DNA of 64,000 nt from Cystobasidiomycetes sp. EMM_F5 (Eukaryota), in contig JBPGPT010000032.1 of assembly GCA_051047955.1 (NCBI GenBank), forward strand, positions 1-64,000, written 5' to 3'. Below the pieces are notes generated by a model. It saw only the letters and a list, made by a program, of their open reading frames with translations, did not search any database and had not been told where the DNA came from. The position numbers and the translations under genes are program-made. Each line of letters opens with the position of its first letter. The stretch's first letter is position 1. Positions 60,402-64,000 of this stretch are shown piece by piece.

Positions 60402-61874
60402 ATGAACGATACACTTGCATCGTCAGCTCTGCCTACATTGCACGTTGATCTGATTACATGTCTGGCATTCTCTCAATCTTCGCCAGCTCTGTTGGCTTCG
60501 ACGTCTCTGGACGGTCACATCAGAGTGCACGCCCGTGTACCAGACCCTTCTAGCAGAGGACAGGCCAGCATCAGTGAAAGCAAAGCCGCAACTAATGGAG
60601 AGCGCCAGCATGACGACGACGAGCCGCAAGACCGTGACGACTGGGTCGAGATTGGATCATGCAAGGCTAACGAAGGTCCAGTCTGGAAAGCTATCTGGGC
60701 ACCTCGCGAATACGGGACTAGTATCCTCGTCAGTATATCAGGCAGCGTCGTTCATATATGGGGTGAGCGTCCCAGGTCCTTTGTTGCTCGTATCTCGTTT
60801 CTCACCCTCTGCGTGTAACGTTACAGAAACCCAATTGCAGCGGAAGCCGGACTTCAGTCTCAACTTTGTTTTGCGAGCTACTCTAATTGAAGCACGGGGA
60901 AGTCTACGAGATGTTGCTTTCGGGCCATCGGAATCTGGTATGAAATTGGTGAGAATGCCTACTTGCCTGCCTGATTCGCTGCCACACCGACTGATGCACC
61001 GGGACAGGCTTGCATATCTGCAGATTCCCACCTTCGTCTGTACGAATGCCTAGATCCGTCACCCGCTGGGCTGTCGACGTGGTCACTGCTGGAGGATGTT
61101 GACCTTGCTCCCTTGCCCTTAGCGTACTATTCTCCTGCCATAGCCCACACAGGGTCTGCTTTGCAATCGACGCAGCTCATAAAGGGCTTTGACGATCGTG
61201 CATCTCCAAGGTCGAGTAACATCAGAAATGATGGTGCAGCATCAAATCCACATCATCAAGGTCATGTGGAGAGCTCGGGTGCCTGGGCTTTGGCATTCTG
61301 TCAGGAAGTTTGGTGGGGGGAATTGGCTGCAGTGTCCGCTGGCAAAGAAGGCTTCATTCGCGTTCGTAGGTCTGACCGTGGGACACGGGCTATCACTAAG
61401 GCTGCCTCATTGAATCCAGATCCTCAGCTTCTCCGCAAAAACGTCCTGGGCTCAGTTACTAGTTCTGTCTCACCCTCACGGAACTCCGACGTCGCCGATA
61501 TCTACGATTGCATGGGCGCCGTCTTGCGGACGCTCGCATCATCTCATTGCTGCTGGCGCACGCGATGGCAGCGTCAGGATATGGAAGCTAGTCCCGCCAA
61601 TACAAGACGATGCCGCATGGACTGCTACTCTAGCAGCCGAGATAAACGAGCATATGGAAGGCAGTAGCGGGGGGATCGGGCGAGTTGAGTGGAATGTAAC
61701 CGGATCTGTCCTCAGTACCGCAGGCTGTGATGGTGTGGTACGCTTATGGAAAGGTAGAGTGACTCCAGTTTGCACAGTATTCCAAGTATTGACTGCAGCC
61801 AATACTCACCAGCCACCTTTAGTGGAGAATGGCGGAACCTTTCAGCTATCTCTTGCGAGGAACAACGCCGTTAA
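60402..61874 (+). CDS. SEH1: Nucleoporin Seh1 (WD40, Sec13 family)
   Basis: WAPREYG, EARGSLRDVAFGP, AWAPSCGRSHHLIAAGARDGSVRIWKL, RVEWNVTGSVLSTAGCDGVVRLWK and GEWR. Confidence 0.88.
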
Positions 61875-62461
61875 AATTTGGGCTGCTCGTGCTTACGGCC
61901 AATACGAAGGGTTGCAATCGAGGTCGATATGCGCATGCCGCATGGCGACGTATCAAGCTTGGCTCTACTTGTCGTCGACATACAAACGGAGATCTGTCGG
62001 CTCAGGGTAATAATTGTGCAATTCTTCCGTGACAGTAGCTATGTCCTCTTCCTCATTCGACGGCATGTCCACATGTCCAATGTACTGTGATGGAGCTGCT
62101 ACATCGGTTGGGATTCCCTCACGGCTTGCCCGCTCTGACATGAGTTCATATTTTGTCATACTTGATACAAGCTCGATGTCGTGTAGTTCATAACACAGCA
62201 TCTGAAAATACAGAGTCCGTAAAGACCTGAACCGGTTACAATATTTGAAGTGTCGAGAGATCAGAGTCTCACACCTCGTTTCGGCGGCATGCGTAGCAGT
62301 CTGACGATGCACGCGTGCGTGGCTCTTGAGGTAGTAATGATGCCATCGCGTGCCTGGCGTGCATCTTTTTCGGCGTCTTCCGCTACTCTCTAGCTAACTA
62401 GTATGCAGCGAAGATTTGAGGAGAAGTAGACGGCCACAACATTCATTGGAACATCCCTCTC

Positions 62462-63984
62462 TCATTGCAGATACTCTCGTAGTGCTTCTACACTTTTTCT
62501 GGCGAAACCCCACGAAGATTGCCATCCGAAGCCAGCGTGCCCGTAGTTATGTAATACTATAGTACCAGCAACACCTTGATCGCAACAATCAGCTGCTGTG
62601 ATATTATAGATACTTGTCTGCTCACAATGCTCATCTACCTCGAAGCGTATGCCAGATCGCCTACCCGGTCTGCGACCAACAGCTACCTCCACCAGATCAA
62701 TATCTTTGTATGTGCCATGGCTTCGCTTCTCTGGAGGGAGTAGATCCCGGTCATAATATAGTGCACTTTTGAGAATGGTTTCCGTAATTTGTGGATCTGG
62801 CGTTGTGTCCCTGTTATCGACCGTAAGCGACACTCCTCTGCAAGAAGGCAAGGATTGTACCAGTTGTTTATGGCCCTTGTTCCCCCGACGATGACAATAC
62901 CAGAGGATCGGGGTATAGTGTATGAGGTTTTGCCTTTGCCAGATACACCACGTCCATGCTTGAGCCATGGAGCTCGAATGAGACACAGCTGGCCTCGCAC
63001 GGGATACATCTCCGTGTCAGCAACATCCGTGAAGAACAGATTACCAAGTCCAGAACAGTTGACAATGATGCTTGGCCGCGGCTTTAACAATTCTGGTAGG
63101 CTCAGAGCATCGCCCAGCGCTTTGAGCTTTGCGCGGATTACGCGTCCGCCTAAACGAGTAAATCGCCGAAGGAGGTAGACTAGGTACGGTTGAGTATCGA
63201 TACTGTCGACGATGAAAAGTTAGATTGTGTATCAAACATCTTGCGCATGAATCTGATGACTTGCGTCAAAGTCTTGAACGTGAATCCCTGCGCTGTTTCT
63301 GGGAGTAGTTCGTCTGAAGTAAGCCTTCGAAACTATCGGGTAGTACCGAGCAGTTCTCAGTCAAGACGCTGCTGATTCAGCTCTGCGTGCCTAACCCTAC
63401 CTCTGGCATTCCAATCTTGACCAGTGCTTCGGGGTCCGAGGCTGCATCTGCATCTTCCGTGTAGTACTAGCAATTCGAATCTCAGTATGCTGGATACGGA
63501 TAGGAGCGTTGGTCGGACGGACTTCATACTGATCTATCCACATCAGGGAGTCGGTCACCTTTTCCTTCTCCTCTTTTATCAGTACGTCAAGGGTGTACCG
63601 GTCGAGTGCTACAATTAATGGTTAGGATACTTATCACAGTAACCTTACGAAGGAAACTCGCCTATTTGCGCTTCGTCGTCTGCGCGAGCATGCGAGACAT
63701 GATGCGCACCCTGGCGGCAATGATTCCAGTTTATTCGTAGCCACCCTTGTTCAAAACAAAGACAGCTCACGGCATACGCAGAGGCATAGTCTACAATCTT
63801 GGCGTCTCCGGGAATCCAGTCGGCTACGACAGTGCACTGCAGGCCCGGAAAGCTCTCCAGCAGGTCGACGGCTGCCGTCAACCCGATAACACCTGCAAAC
63901 AGCCAGTCAACTATGGGATAGAAGCAGCGTGCATATTGCTGCCTGCATACCGGCTCCTGCTACGACAACATGTTTTCCGGCCAT
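62462..63984 (-). CDS. D-amino acid oxidase / D-aspartate oxidase family flavoprotein
   Basis: MAGKHVVVAGAGVIGL, YASAYAGAHH, IIVNCSGLG, MYPVRGQ, YTIPR, VGRRPGR and HNYGHAGFGWQSSWG. Confidence 0.92.
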
Positions 63985-64000
63985 GCTGTACAGGAAAGTG

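Overview
Eukaryotic DNA from a gene-dense, intron-rich fungus. Short (~55-80 bp) spliceosomal introns with degenerate GTNNGT donors and the protein sequences suggest a basidiomycete, possibly Pucciniomycotina (inference). The ORF track therefore shows exon fragments, and I rebuilt gene models by hand, so boundaries are approximate. Positions 1-3790 are the 5' part of a Ty3/Gypsy-like LTR retrotransposon on the minus strand: a ~1.7 kb LTR with repeated hairpin modules, a tRNA-iMet-type primer binding site and an intact gag ORF with a CCHC knuckle that runs off the window and is absent from the ORF track. An accessory segment at ~8-24 kb holds a GNAT, a bacterial-like NmrA/SDR gene (horizontal transfer candidate), a disrupted HNH nuclease and a putative five-gene catabolic cluster (CocE/NonD hydrolase, C2H2 transcription factor, PhyH-type dioxygenase, AAA+ ATPase, sugar-porter MFS). 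All four promoter regions of the cluster carry clustered GTGGG(A/G) sites that match what the zinc-finger code predicts for the cluster's own factor. The rest is mostly housekeeping genes (eIF3g, MRPL15, GT32, RPC11, GDA1, zf-PARP protein, VMA6, FMO, SLU7, GYP7, PPPDE-Trx-PUL, NPP1, importin-7/NMD5, YPI1, POB3, DsbA-like, SEH1, DAO). Also notable are a non-LTR retroelement endonuclease fragment in a divergent promoter, two abutting introns separated by an apparent zero-length exon, GC-AG introns and microexons. No CRISPR, rRNA or tRNA genes were seen.
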